45,676 nt of DNA from Bacilli bacterium (GTDB lineage: Bacteria; Bacillota_I; Bacilli_A; RFN20; CAG-826), in contig JAZLKX010000016.1 in the NCBI GenBank assembly GCA_045597865.1, forward strand, positions 1 through 45,676. The letters are read 5' to 3'. Position numbers and translations under genes: made by a program. The number at the start of each line of letters is the position of its first letter. Position 1 is the first letter of the stretch. The notes under the pieces were generated by a model that was given only the letters and a program-made list of their open reading frames with translations, had not been told where the DNA came from and ran no database searches. Of the stretch, positions 35,422 to 44,498 are shown in pieces.

Positions 35422-36919
35422 ATTCGTCAATGTCTCCTTTTAATCTAATAGAAACATCTTCTTTTTTAATAAGTAAGGAAACAATTTCACCACCATTAAA
35501 TTCGTAGTTAGTATCAATGATGAATTCTTCATCATCTTCACTTCTTACAATAATGGCGTAGTGATCGCCTTTATAAATTGAGGAAACAACTGTTCCCTTG
35601 ATTTGACCTTCTTCGTTGTCGTAAATATCGATTTTTGTCTTATCAATTTCGACTGTTAATTTAGCACCATAAAGGTCATATTTTTTATCACCTTTGACTA
35701 AATAGCCATCTTCATCAAGTTTTGAACCTGGAAGTAATTTTGTTAAATCAGCCTCAAGATAACCGCCTGCAAGTTCAATTGTGTTATCTTTTTGAACTTC
35801 ACAACCAGTGAAAATATTATTTAAATCTGGCTTCTTCATAATATGAATACCATCTGGAATTAAGGCAATAGCGAGTTCTTTGTCATCATAATTCTTTGTT
35901 GATTTTGCAAGAATTTCGTTTTTGCCAATTTGAATTAAATATTCATAGTGAACGCCTTTAAAAACCTTTGATGTGACTTGACCAAAAATCTTTGATTTTT
36001 CATTAACTTCTGAAAGAATAACATCTTCTGGTCTAACGACAACATCAACACGTTCATCAAGTGGGAAATCATCTTCACAAAGCCATTCTTGGCCAAGAAA
36101 TTTGACTCTCTTATCTCCAACCATAATTCCATTGAATAAGTTGGATTCACCAATGAAGTCTGCAACGAAAGCATTGGCTGGTTCGTTATAGATTTGTTCT
36201 GGAGAACCAATTTGTTGAACAACGCCATGGTTCATAACGACAATTACATCAGACATAGTAAGTGCTTCTTCTTGATCGTGAGTGACATAAATGAAGGTAA
36301 TGCCAAGTTTCTTATGCATTTCCTTTAATTCAATTTGCATGTCTTTTCTCATCTTTAAGTCAAGAGCACCTAATGGTTCATCGAGCAAAAGGATTTCTGG
36401 TTTATTAATAATACAACGTGCAATAGCAACTCTTTGTTGTTGTCCACCTGAAAGTGTTGAGACATCTCTGTCTTCGAGTTCGTCAAGATCAACAACTTGA
36501 AGAGCTTTTGTAACCATTTCATCAATTTGAGAAGCTTTGTAATGCTTCATTTTGATTACTTCTTCACCTTTTCTATTAGTACATTTAACTGGGACCTTTT
36601 TAAATTTAAGGCCAAATGCGACGTTATCATAAACGTCTAAGTGCGGGAACAATGCATATCTTTGGAATACTGTGTTAATTGGTCTTTTATAAGGTGGAAG
36701 TTTTGTGATATCTTCACCATTTAAAAGAATTGTTCCGCCAGTTGGAAGTTCAAAACCTCCAATCATTCGTAAGGTTGTAGTTTTACCACAACCAGAAGGA
36801 CCAAGAATTGTTACAAATTGGCCCTTTTTAATGTCGAGCGTAAAATTATCAACGGCATGAAAATCGCCGAATGATTTCACGACATTACTTAAAGAAATAA
36901 TTACTTCTTCGGACGCCAT
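35411..36919 (-). CDS. potA: Polyamine ABC transporter ATPase with extended C-terminal OB/TOBE-like region
   Basis: GPSGCGKT, LSGGQQQRVA, LLLDEPLGALD, VTHDQEEA, FVADFIG. Confidence 0.95.
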   Translation of the reverse strand: MASEEVIISLSNVVKSFGDFHAVDNFTLDIKKGQFVTILGPSGCGKTTTLRMIGGFELPTGGTILLNGEDITKLPPYKRPINTVFQRYALFPHLDVYDNVAFGLKFKKVPVKCTNRKGEEVIKMKHYKASQIDEMVTKALQVVDLDELEDRDVSTLSGGQQQRVAIARCIINKPEILLLDEPLGALDLKMRKDMQIELKEMHKKLGITFIYVTHDQEEALTMSDVIVVMNHGVVQQIGSPEQIYNEPANAFVADFIGESNLFNGIMVGDKRVKFLGQEWLCEDDFPLDERVDVVVRPEDVILSEVNEKSKIFGQVTSKVFKGVHYEYLIQIGKNEILAKSTKNYDDKELAIALIPDGIHIMKKPDLNNIFTGCEVQKDNTIELAGGYLEADLTKLLPGSKLDEDGYLVKGDKKYDLYGAKLTVEIDKTKIDIYDNEEGQIKGTVVSSIYKGDHYAIIVRSEDDEEFIIDTNYEFNGGEIVSLLIKKEDVSIRLKGDIDEYEI

Positions 36920-37099
36920 AAGCTACCCTCCATAACCACTACAATAAATAACCGAATTACACTTAACTAAAAATTAAGTCGAGAAAAAGAATATAGAAAT
37001 GCAATAAATTTTGCAATAAATTTTTTCACTTTTTTTCATCGCTAATATCTAGGGGGTAATACTTTGTATTCCCCCCTCTATATTGTTAAATTTTCTTAG

Positions 37100-37128
37100 T
37101 TGAGAAAAGTTAGCAAAAAAAGTATAAT
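37100..37128 (+). promoter_or_regulatory. Sigma-A promoter yielding a (near-)leaderless mRNA
   Basis: TTGAGA-17-TATAAT, 8 nt before ATG 37137, with no SD. Confidence 0.7.
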
Positions 37129-37136
37129 ATTTTGCG

Positions 37137-38180
37137 ATGAAAAAAATAGGCAAAATTTTACTACCACTTGTATGCTTAAATGCATGCATTCTTTCTGGTT
37201 GCGGAAGTGACAATAAAATCCAATTAAGTTTTGGAAATATTCACGCTACTGCAATTGAAGAAAAATTCACTGTTATTGAATTAGATAGAAAGGTCGAAAG
37301 CAAAGAATCATTTCTTTTAGTTGTTGCAGACACCTCATGTGCTTGCTGGAGCGACTTTAGACCAATTATTAATTCATACGTTAAAGATAACCACGTTGAT
37401 TGTTTCTTCTTAACATATAAGTATTTTGCTGATCACGCTTCAAAATATGGAATCGAATTAACAAAAGGCACCACTAAATTTATTATTTTTGAAGAAGGCG
37501 CTCCAAAAATTCAACTTAAGTCCACAGCTGAAGATAAAACATTGAAGGATAAAGCAGCTTTCTATAAATTTATGGAAGGCAATGTAAAACTCCCTAAAGC
37601 CTACTTCATTAATGAAGGTGATTACGGCGAGGTTACTGAAAATGGCGCCATCATCTATTTTGAAAGATCTGGATGTGGAGATTGTTCATATTTAAACCCA
37701 ACAGTCCTTGCTAATTATGTTAAAAAGCACCCAGATATGAACAATATTTACGTTATTGACTGCCAATGGTGGAAAGATGATTTGGATCTTGTTTCATATC
37801 AAGCTAAGAAGAACAACTATGGGCTTTCACATTGTAACAACCCTGAATACGGCTATGATGATGGCGTGTTCCCGTTCTTCTCCTTCGTTAAGAAAGGCTA
37901 TTACTTATCGGGTGCAGTCGCATTTAATGATGAAGTAAGCAAAGTTGACGGAAAATATGTAATCACTAACTCCTACTATAATAATGATAGATTAGAAAGA
38001 TTTGATTACTTAGCAAATGTTCAAACTAAAGTTCTTGAAGGAATGGAACTTCCAGCATCAGATGTATCAGATAATGGCGAATGGATTTCTTGGATGCAAG
38101 ATAAAGCTGTTAAGTACTACGAACCAATAATAGATGCATTCCTCGATACTTACTTACCTCAAGTTAATTACACTTTATAA
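37137..38180 (+). CDS. Lipoprotein with two thioredoxin-like domains
   Basis: Lipobox LSGC. Domain 1 FLLVV...CACW..F.P; domain 2 IIYF.R.GCGDC...YVID...GVFP.F. Confidence 0.65.
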   Translation: MKKIGKILLPLVCLNACILSGCGSDNKIQLSFGNIHATAIEEKFTVIELDRKVESKESFLLVVADTSCACWSDFRPIINSYVKDNHVDCFFLTYKYFADHASKYGIELTKGTTKFIIFEEGAPKIQLKSTAEDKTLKDKAAFYKFMEGNVKLPKAYFINEGDYGEVTENGAIIYFERSGCGDCSYLNPTVLANYVKKHPDMNNIYVIDCQWWKDDLDLVSYQAKKNNYGLSHCNNPEYGYDDGVFPFFSFVKKGYYLSGAVAFNDEVSKVDGKYVITNSYYNNDRLERFDYLANVQTKVLEGMELPASDVSDNGEWISWMQDKAVKYYEPIIDAFLDTYLPQVNYTL

Positions 38181-38183
38181 AAT

Positions 38184-38209
38184 AAAGACCACCGACTGGT
38201 GGCCTTTTT
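38184..38209. terminator. Bidirectional terminator
   Basis: AAAGACCACC-GACT-GGTGGCCTTTTT between convergent genes. Confidence 0.75.
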
Positions 38210-38210
38210 A

Positions 38211-38606
38211 TTACTTACCAAGTAACTCTTTACGCTTACTTTCAAGTTCTTTCTTAGTGATTATTTTCTTATTATAGAGATCAATATATTTCTCATACAT
38301 TATCTCATCTTGAGACTTTTTAAACTCTTTTATATCAACAATTGGCACAGTCTTTTTATTATATTGGTAAGTTTTTACTTTTGGAATTTTCGGCTCTGGA
38401 GAAGGGGCTCCACCATAAAAAGCAATTTTTAATATTAAAAGTAAAATAGCTAAAGGCCCAGCTAATACTACAATAAGCCCCATTGTGGAAAACAATGTCT
38501 CGTTACCAAGTAAATTGAAGATAATAGCGGCAATTAATGCTGCAACACCTAGTCCTAAAATAGTAAATCCTAGAATTAAGAGCCAAATTCCTCTTTTATT
38601 TTTCAT
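38211..38606 (-). CDS. Two-TM membrane protein with C-terminal SHOCT domain
   Basis: Two hydrophobic helices; C-terminus KYIDLYNKKIITKKELESKRKELL. Confidence 0.7.
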   Translation of the reverse strand: MKNKRGIWLLILGFTILGLGVAALIAAIIFNLLGNETLFSTMGLIVVLAGPLAILLLILKIAFYGGAPSPEPKIPKVKTYQYNKKTVPIVDIKEFKKSQDEIMYEKYIDLYNKKIITKKELESKRKELLGK

Positions 38607-39862
38607 CCTTTAAGTCTTTCTGTAATTTCGGATGCTTTAGCATAAATGTCTTTAACTTCTTCACCTACAAAGAATTCGTGATTGTAGTATAAAACCTTAC
38701 CATTAATCATTGTCATCTTAACGCAATCCTTGCTACCAGAGTAAACAACATTCTTCACAATGTTATTAAGTGGTTGCATAGCTGGATTTTGTAAATCAAT
38801 CATAATGATGTCGGCTTTTTTGCCAACTTCAAGCACATCAGCATCGTTTAAACCTAATGCATGGGCACCATTTACGGTTGCCATCTTCAAAACATCAAAT
38901 CCATCCATGACTGCTGGATTGTGGTTTGTAACCTTTTGAAGCGTAGAGACTAAATACATTTCTCTAAACATATCTAAAGCGTTGTTTGAAGCTGCTCCAT
39001 CGGTACCTATTGCAATTTTTAAGCCTGCTTTTTGGTATCTTGCAAGTGGAGCAATACCTGATGCAAGTTTAAGATTTGAACACGGGCAAGTCACAACATA
39101 ACTGTTATGTTTCTTAAAAATTTCAACTTCTTCATCAGTAAAGTAGTTGCAATGGAAACCGCCACCACCATAATCAAAGAATCCAAGTGAATCTAAGAAT
39201 TTAACCGGTGTCATACCGTGTCTTTCAACACAACCCTTAACTTCTTTTTCAGTTTCACCAACGTGTAAATAGATTGGTGCTTTTAATTCGTGAGCAAGTT
39301 TTACAACATCTTTAATTCTTGGTTCAGCACAAGTATATTCAGCATGAATGCCTAAGAAATAAGAACATAATGCATCTGGTTTGTTAATACTTAAATAGCG
39401 TTCTCTAAGCAATGAGATTGGTTCTTGGTCACTTGTTGCAAGAATAACTGATCTAAATCCCATCTCTTCACTTGCTCTTACAATTTCAGGAACATGGAAG
39501 TACATATCAAACGCTGCAGTAATACCTGAGGTTAAGTATTCAAGAATACCGAGCTTTGTTAAATGATAAATATCATCATCTTCAAATCTTGCTTCCATTG
39601 GGAAAATTGTTGTATGTAACCACTCATCAAGTGGTAAATCATCTGCTGCACTGCGTGCAAAAACCATTGCAGTATGTGCGTGTGCATCTTTAAAACCAGG
39701 CATCAAAAGGTTACCTTCGCAATCGATAATTCTATCTGGGGCTTCACCTGTATAGTCTGGACCAATGTATTCAATTTTGTTGTCTTTAACTAATAAATCA
39801 CCAAGAAAAACCTTATCGTCCTTCATGGTAAGGATTCGAGCATTTTTTAATAAGGTAATCAT
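38603..39862 (-). CDS. mtaD: Amidohydrolase, 5'-methylthioadenosine/S-adenosylhomocysteine deaminase family
   Basis: Start moved to ATG 39862. PGF.DAHAH, DDLPL..WL, HAEYT, HVGET..E, SNLKLASG, GTDGAASNN.LD. Confidence 0.82.
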   Translation of the reverse strand: MITLLKNARILTMKDDKVFLGDLLVKDNKIEYIGPDYTGEAPDRIIDCEGNLLMPGFKDAHAHTAMVFARSAADDLPLDEWLHTTIFPMEARFEDDDIYHLTKLGILEYLTSGITAAFDMYFHVPEIVRASEEMGFRSVILATSDQEPISLLRERYLSINKPDALCSYFLGIHAEYTCAEPRIKDVVKLAHELKAPIYLHVGETEKEVKGCVERHGMTPVKFLDSLGFFDYGGGGFHCNYFTDEEVEIFKKHNSYVVTCPCSNLKLASGIAPLARYQKAGLKIAIGTDGAASNNALDMFREMYLVSTLQKVTNHNPAVMDGFDVLKMATVNGAHALGLNDADVLEVGKKADIIMIDLQNPAMQPLNNIVKNVVYSGSKDCVKMTMINGKVLYYNHEFFVGEEVKDIYAKASEITERLKG

Positions 39863-39990
39863 TATTCTTCGTCCTGTTCTGGTTTTGGCATAAGCATTTC
39901 GCTTGGTGCACCACAAATTGGGCAACTACCATCTGGGAGTGGTTTAACAGTTTGACCACACATTTTGCAAATATATTTTTGTTCTTTCAT
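39862..39990 (-). CDS. 42-aa rubredoxin-like (two CxxC knuckles) small protein, absent from the ORF track
   Basis: MKEQKYICKMCGQTVKPLPDGSCPICGAPSEMLMPKPEQDEE*. AAGGAG SD; the stop overlaps the mtaD start (TAATG). Confidence 0.88.
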   Translation of the reverse strand: MKEQKYICKMCGQTVKPLPDGSCPICGAPSEMLMPKPEQDEE

Positions 39991-40149
39991 AAACAATGCT
40001 CCTTTTGATTTATTATCAAAGTTCTATTTAAGTATCGCGTATTTCTTGCGCATTTGCAATTTCTTTCTGCTTAAACTTTGTTTGTCTGCTAAAGGAAAAC
40101 CAAAGATAACTATATTCTATTCCCACAAAAAGGACTATAATATTTCCAT

Positions 40150-41205
40150 ATGATTTTTGAACTTAGCAAAACTGAATTAGAGAAATGTAAAAACCTTCTT
40201 GAAGTTAAGGAATTTAACATTGAAGCAGCTGAATTTTACAATGATTATTTGACTAATAATTTTAGAGAAATTTCTATTGCAAAATCCGAAGCTGAATGGT
40301 TTGAAAAATTTAACAAACTTGAGCAAGTTAATAACAAAGTTATTGCTAACTGCAAAATGAATAAAATTTCTAAGCTTAATACCAATACTTTTTTAAATGA
40401 TTCCTACTACAAGAAAATTGGTCAAATAAAAGCTTCAGAAGGCGACTGGAAATTTTCAACTTATTCTTACGCTCCATACGAAGGTTTTGTTAGTGATGAA
40501 TTAGTCATTGATCCAGACACTTTTGCAGAACATACACCTATATCTTATTTCGAAAATGAGTTCCCGTTTTTCGCTGTAACTCAAAAAGATGAAATTTGGA
40601 TGAGCATTATTCCTCATGAAATTAATACAATGAAAAAGCCTATAGAAAATGCACATGGCGACGTACTTGTGCTTGGTTTAGGCCTAGGCTATTACGTTTT
40701 TAACATCGCATCAAAGAAAAATGTCACTTCTATCACTGTTGTAGAAAACGATAGAAAAATCATCAATCTATTTATTAAATACTTGCTTCCAAAATTCCCA
40801 AATCAAGACAAAATTGAAATTGTTTTTGGAGACGCAATCAGTTTTGTTAAAGATTCTCCAAGAAAATATGATTACGTTTTCGCAGATATTTGGCATAACG
40901 TTGGTGATGGAGAAATGCTTTATTTAAAGCTTAAAGCTAAAGAAAAGTACCGCCCAGGCATTAAATTTGATTACTGGATTGAAACTTCCATACTTGCAAT
41001 GCTTAGAAGACAAACCTTAACTATCTTTGAAGAATGGCTTGAAGGCTTTACTGAAAATGATTACAAACAATCACGCAACGAAAACGACACCATAATAAAT
41101 AAAATTTATTTCTACCATAAAAATACACAAATAAAAAACTTCAATGATTTGCATCAAATATTAACTGATGATTCATTGAAGTTAATGGCTTCAAAATTAT
41201 TCTGA
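40150..41205 (+). CDS. Class I SAM-dependent methyltransferase / spermidine-synthase-like fold protein
   Basis: WMS..P.E, VLVLGLGLGY, ITVVE, GDA, YDYVFADIW. Confidence 0.75.
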   Translation: MIFELSKTELEKCKNLLEVKEFNIEAAEFYNDYLTNNFREISIAKSEAEWFEKFNKLEQVNNKVIANCKMNKISKLNTNTFLNDSYYKKIGQIKASEGDWKFSTYSYAPYEGFVSDELVIDPDTFAEHTPISYFENEFPFFAVTQKDEIWMSIIPHEINTMKKPIENAHGDVLVLGLGLGYYVFNIASKKNVTSITVVENDRKIINLFIKYLLPKFPNQDKIEIVFGDAISFVKDSPRKYDYVFADIWHNVGDGEMLYLKLKAKEKYRPGIKFDYWIETSILAMLRRQTLTIFEEWLEGFTENDYKQSRNENDTIINKIYFYHKNTQIKNFNDLHQILTDDSLKLMASKLF

Positions 41206-42399
41206 AACTTTAAAGATTTGGATACCGATCTTAACGAGTAATTCCATTTCTTCTAAAATAGCATACTCATAAGGACCGTGGTGATTATAAGAACCTGTTC
41301 CTAAATTTGGTGTTGGACAACCCATATATGAGAAGGTTGTTCCATCTGTTCCACCCCTAATTGGAGCGTATTCATACACAATAGCTAGGTCCTTAAGCAC
41401 TTTTTCGATGTGATTCTTACATGCTGGCTTATCAACAATAACGCTTAGCATGTTTTTATATGAATCTGAAATCTTAAGGTCAATCTTAACGCCTGGATGT
41501 TTCTTAATAAGCTTATCTGTGATTTCAAAGAATTGTTTTTCTTGTTTTGCAAGCTTCTTGTCATCGTGGTTTCTAAGAATATAATGCATGTGAGCTTCTT
41601 CTACACTGCCACTTATTGAAGATAAATGGTTAAAGCCTTCATGGCCTTCTGTTTTAGATGGAACAAGCTTAGCTGGAAGCATTGAAATAAATTCATTTGC
41701 TACCATTGCAGCATTAATCATTACACCTTTAGCGTCTCCTGGGTGGATTGCTTTACCAGTAATATGAATTTCTGCAGCCTTAGCATTGAATGTTTCAACG
41801 TTAACAACTTCTGGCTCACTGCCATCAAATGTATAAGCAAATGACGCTTTAAACTTAGATGTATCGAATATTTCAGCACCTCTGCCTATTTCTTCGTCTG
41901 GTGTAAACAAAATGTACATTGGACGTCTTTCATAAACATTCATGCGAAGAGCTTCTTCAATAACTTCCATAATAATTGCAACACCGGCTTTATCATCAGC
42001 ACCAAGAAGTGTTGTACCATCGGTTACAATTAATGTCTTATTTATTGCTCTTTTAAGCTTTGGATATTCTTTAATTGAAAGGACTCTATCGGTTTTACCA
42101 AGTGTTAAATCCTTACCATCAAATTTTTTAATGACTTTTGGATTAACGTTTGTGCCGTTAAAATCAGGAGCAGTATCAACGTGTGCGCATAAACCAACAG
42201 CTTCATACTTTTCATTGCCTGGAACAAAAGCATATAAACGACCTGTTTCAGTTAATTCGCACTTCACTCCTAAAGCTTTTAACTCATCCTCAAGAACATT
42301 AAGTAAATCAAATTGATTCTTGCTAGATGGAGTTGTGTTTGAATCTGGATCAGATTTTGTATCAATTTTTACATATTTGAGAAATCTATCTAATAACAT
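41197..42399 (-). CDS. pepT: Peptidase T (tripeptide aminopeptidase, M20B)
   Basis: ATG 42399 with GGAGG SD. RFLKYVKIDT.SD, AHVDT, TDGTTLLGADDKAG, FTPDEEIGRG, IRGGTDG, HGPYE. Confidence 0.96.
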   Translation of the reverse strand: MLLDRFLKYVKIDTKSDPDSNTTPSSKNQFDLLNVLEDELKALGVKCELTETGRLYAFVPGNEKYEAVGLCAHVDTAPDFNGTNVNPKVIKKFDGKDLTLGKTDRVLSIKEYPKLKRAINKTLIVTDGTTLLGADDKAGVAIIMEVIEEALRMNVYERRPMYILFTPDEEIGRGAEIFDTSKFKASFAYTFDGSEPEVVNVETFNAKAAEIHITGKAIHPGDAKGVMINAAMVANEFISMLPAKLVPSKTEGHEGFNHLSSISGSVEEAHMHYILRNHDDKKLAKQEKQFFEITDKLIKKHPGVKIDLKISDSYKNMLSVIVDKPACKNHIEKVLKDLAIVYEYAPIRGGTDGTTFSYMGCPTPNLGTGSYNHHGPYEYAILEEMELLVKIGIQIFKVSE

Positions 42400-42442
42400 A
42401 GTAAAATCCTCCAAAAATAAAATTAGAAACTAAATGATTAAA

Positions 42443-43261
42443 TTAGAAGAATTCAACTCTTGAAACTGCGAATGCAATTAATGCAACTGCATCAAGATCG
42501 GATTCTTTAGCTTTAACTGAGAAAACTCCTTGGGTTGGAAGGTTTCCTAAAGCTCCATATTTTTTATCATCATTCATTGCGTTAACACCGCCTGCTACTA
42601 ATGAGCCAACAACTGTTCCTAAATGAGCAATATCAAAGTTGAGTTTAAAACCTTCAATTTTAGAAATAATGGAATAACCCATACTTCCAATTAATTTAAA
42701 CACATCTTGGCCATTGACTTTAAATGATGATTTACTTGGAACCATGATAGAGCCGTTGCCAGTTCTTGATGTAACGGTATGACCGACTTCATATTCGGTA
42801 ACTTTACCTGTTAATTCATTTTTGAAGGTGAATTTAAATTTACCTACAACCCCAATCTTGTCACAATGCATTGTAACAACTGGTTTTCTATCTTTTGTTT
42901 CTAAAACATAAGATTGGTTTAATTTTCCTTCAAAATGGAAAAAATATTCATTTACTACTTCATTGCTATTTGCAACAGCATCAACTTCTTCTTTTGAATA
43001 CTTAGACATATCGACTTGTTGCAATTTATCGCCTTTATCCTTAATTGCAAAAATTAAAAGAACAACAGCTACAACTGCTGCAACTACACCGATTGCTAAA
43101 ATAATAACTGGCAATACTATATCGTTATCTCCGTTTTTCATGCAATTCACTAAAATTAGTGCACCAATAACAGCAAAAATAACACCTACAATAAATAAGC
43201 CAACAGCAAATCTAATACGTGCTATTTTTCCGCCAATTCTACTTACATTATTTAATTTCAT
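42443..43261 (-). CDS. Two-TM membrane protein with beta-rich C-terminal domain (possibly LURP-one/scramblase-like)
   Basis: Two N-terminal TMs, a run of beta strands, and a terminal hydrophobic helix (LDAVALIAFAV). Fold guess is weak. Confidence 0.5.
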   Translation of the reverse strand: MKLNNVSRIGGKIARIRFAVGLFIVGVIFAVIGALILVNCMKNGDNDIVLPVIILAIGVVAAVVAVVLLIFAIKDKGDKLQQVDMSKYSKEEVDAVANSNEVVNEYFFHFEGKLNQSYVLETKDRKPVVTMHCDKIGVVGKFKFTFKNELTGKVTEYEVGHTVTSRTGNGSIMVPSKSSFKVNGQDVFKLIGSMGYSIISKIEGFKLNFDIAHLGTVVGSLVAGGVNAMNDDKKYGALGNLPTQGVFSVKAKESDLDAVALIAFAVSRVEFF

Positions 43262-43619
43262 AAAATAATCTCCTTATTTTCATAATATAAAATTAATTAT
43301 CTTTTATCAAGTTAATATGCGCATATTAAATGAAAAAAAGTGGAATAAATCCACTTCTTTACACTTTAATGTCTTTGTACGATAACACCAATGCATCCAA
43401 ATTTCGATTCGCGATGATACCAATGCATATATAGACTTTTTATCTTTAAAAATTTTAATTAATACAGTAATAAATATTATATAAGCCGTTAAAAGTTTTT
43501 GTATCAATTAAATAAATCAAAACCTTTTTCATAGATATTTGCTGCAAAGTAACTGCAAAAAGAGCTTTTTTGATATCTGTTTTTTAATTAGCATGCACTA
43601 ATTCAAACAATAAATTAAA

Positions 43620-44309
43620 TTACTTACCTTGAATTATAGCGGCAGACATTACAGGAAGTTTTCTCATCCTTTCTTTCAAAAACTCAACAACTTCTTGTTT
43701 ATATTTATTTCTTTTATTAAATAAGTCAGTTGCTTTTTCATAATCAGCTTTATTAAGGCCTTTTAGGTTTTTAATAGAACACATAGCTATAATAAAGAAA
43801 ATTACAGCAGGAATAAAACCAATATACATCAACATCATATTTGTAAAAAATAAGTATATTCCAACACCGGCACAAGCCAAAAATAATAAAATGAATGTAA
43901 TGAACTTACCTGGTTTATGGGGAACAGGTTTTCCTATTCCATTATTTATTGCTTTTAAACTCGTTTCAGTTTCCTCTAACGATTTTGCCAATTTTAAATT
44001 ATAAACTTTAGCAATTTTTAAATAATTTTTATCCTCAATTTTAAAACTGTCGCCTTTTTTCATGTTTCCAAGAGTCTTGTATTCATCTTCAAGTTCACAA
44101 ACGGCGCTATACCAAGGTGATGATTTTTCCCTAGAAAATGTTATTTTAACATATGTTTCATAATGTCTTGTGCCATCACTGTCTTCTCCGGTAAATTCCT
44201 GAATTTGCTGTTGGCCCATACATTCCCACCCAAAGCATTCGTTCAATTTAATACTTAAATCTACAGCACTTTGAGATGGATAAACTTGTTCGACTTTAGT
44301 CTCTCTCAT
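43620..44309 (-). CDS. Hypothetical membrane protein (two C-terminal TMs)
   Basis: ATG 44309 has a GGAG SD. An in-frame upstream ATG at 44423 reads through the (TC)n tract. ECFGWE and ITF.R motifs. Confidence 0.65.
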   Translation of the reverse strand: MRETKVEQVYPSQSAVDLSIKLNECFGWECMGQQQIQEFTGEDSDGTRHYETYVKITFSREKSSPWYSAVCELEDEYKTLGNMKKGDSFKIEDKNYLKIAKVYNLKLAKSLEETETSLKAINNGIGKPVPHKPGKFITFILLFLACAGVGIYLFFTNMMLMYIGFIPAVIFFIIAMCSIKNLKGLNKADYEKATDLFNKRNKYKQEVVEFLKERMRKLPVMSAAIIQGK

Positions 44310-44343
44310 ATTATTTTCTCCTACAAACTTTTGTCTTAATTCT

Positions 44344-44364
44344 AGAGAGAGAGAGAGAGAGAGA
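44344..44364. repeat. (GA)10 dinucleotide simple sequence repeat
   Basis: AGAGAGAGAGAGAGAGAGAGA; the only long dinucleotide run noticed in the window. Confidence 0.97.
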
Positions 44365-44498
44365 TTCAAGCACTTTCGCACTGAGAGTGCTAATAACAAA
44401 CTATGTTTGTTAATGTTTTTCATTTCAAAAATGAAAACAAAAACTTAAAAGCATTGTCATAATTTTAGAAATGATAATAAATTAAAAAAAGGAGAATT

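Noticed and set aside
43307-43507. 66-aa minus-strand ORF in the AT-rich gap
   Set aside because: TTG start, no SD, no recognisable motif.
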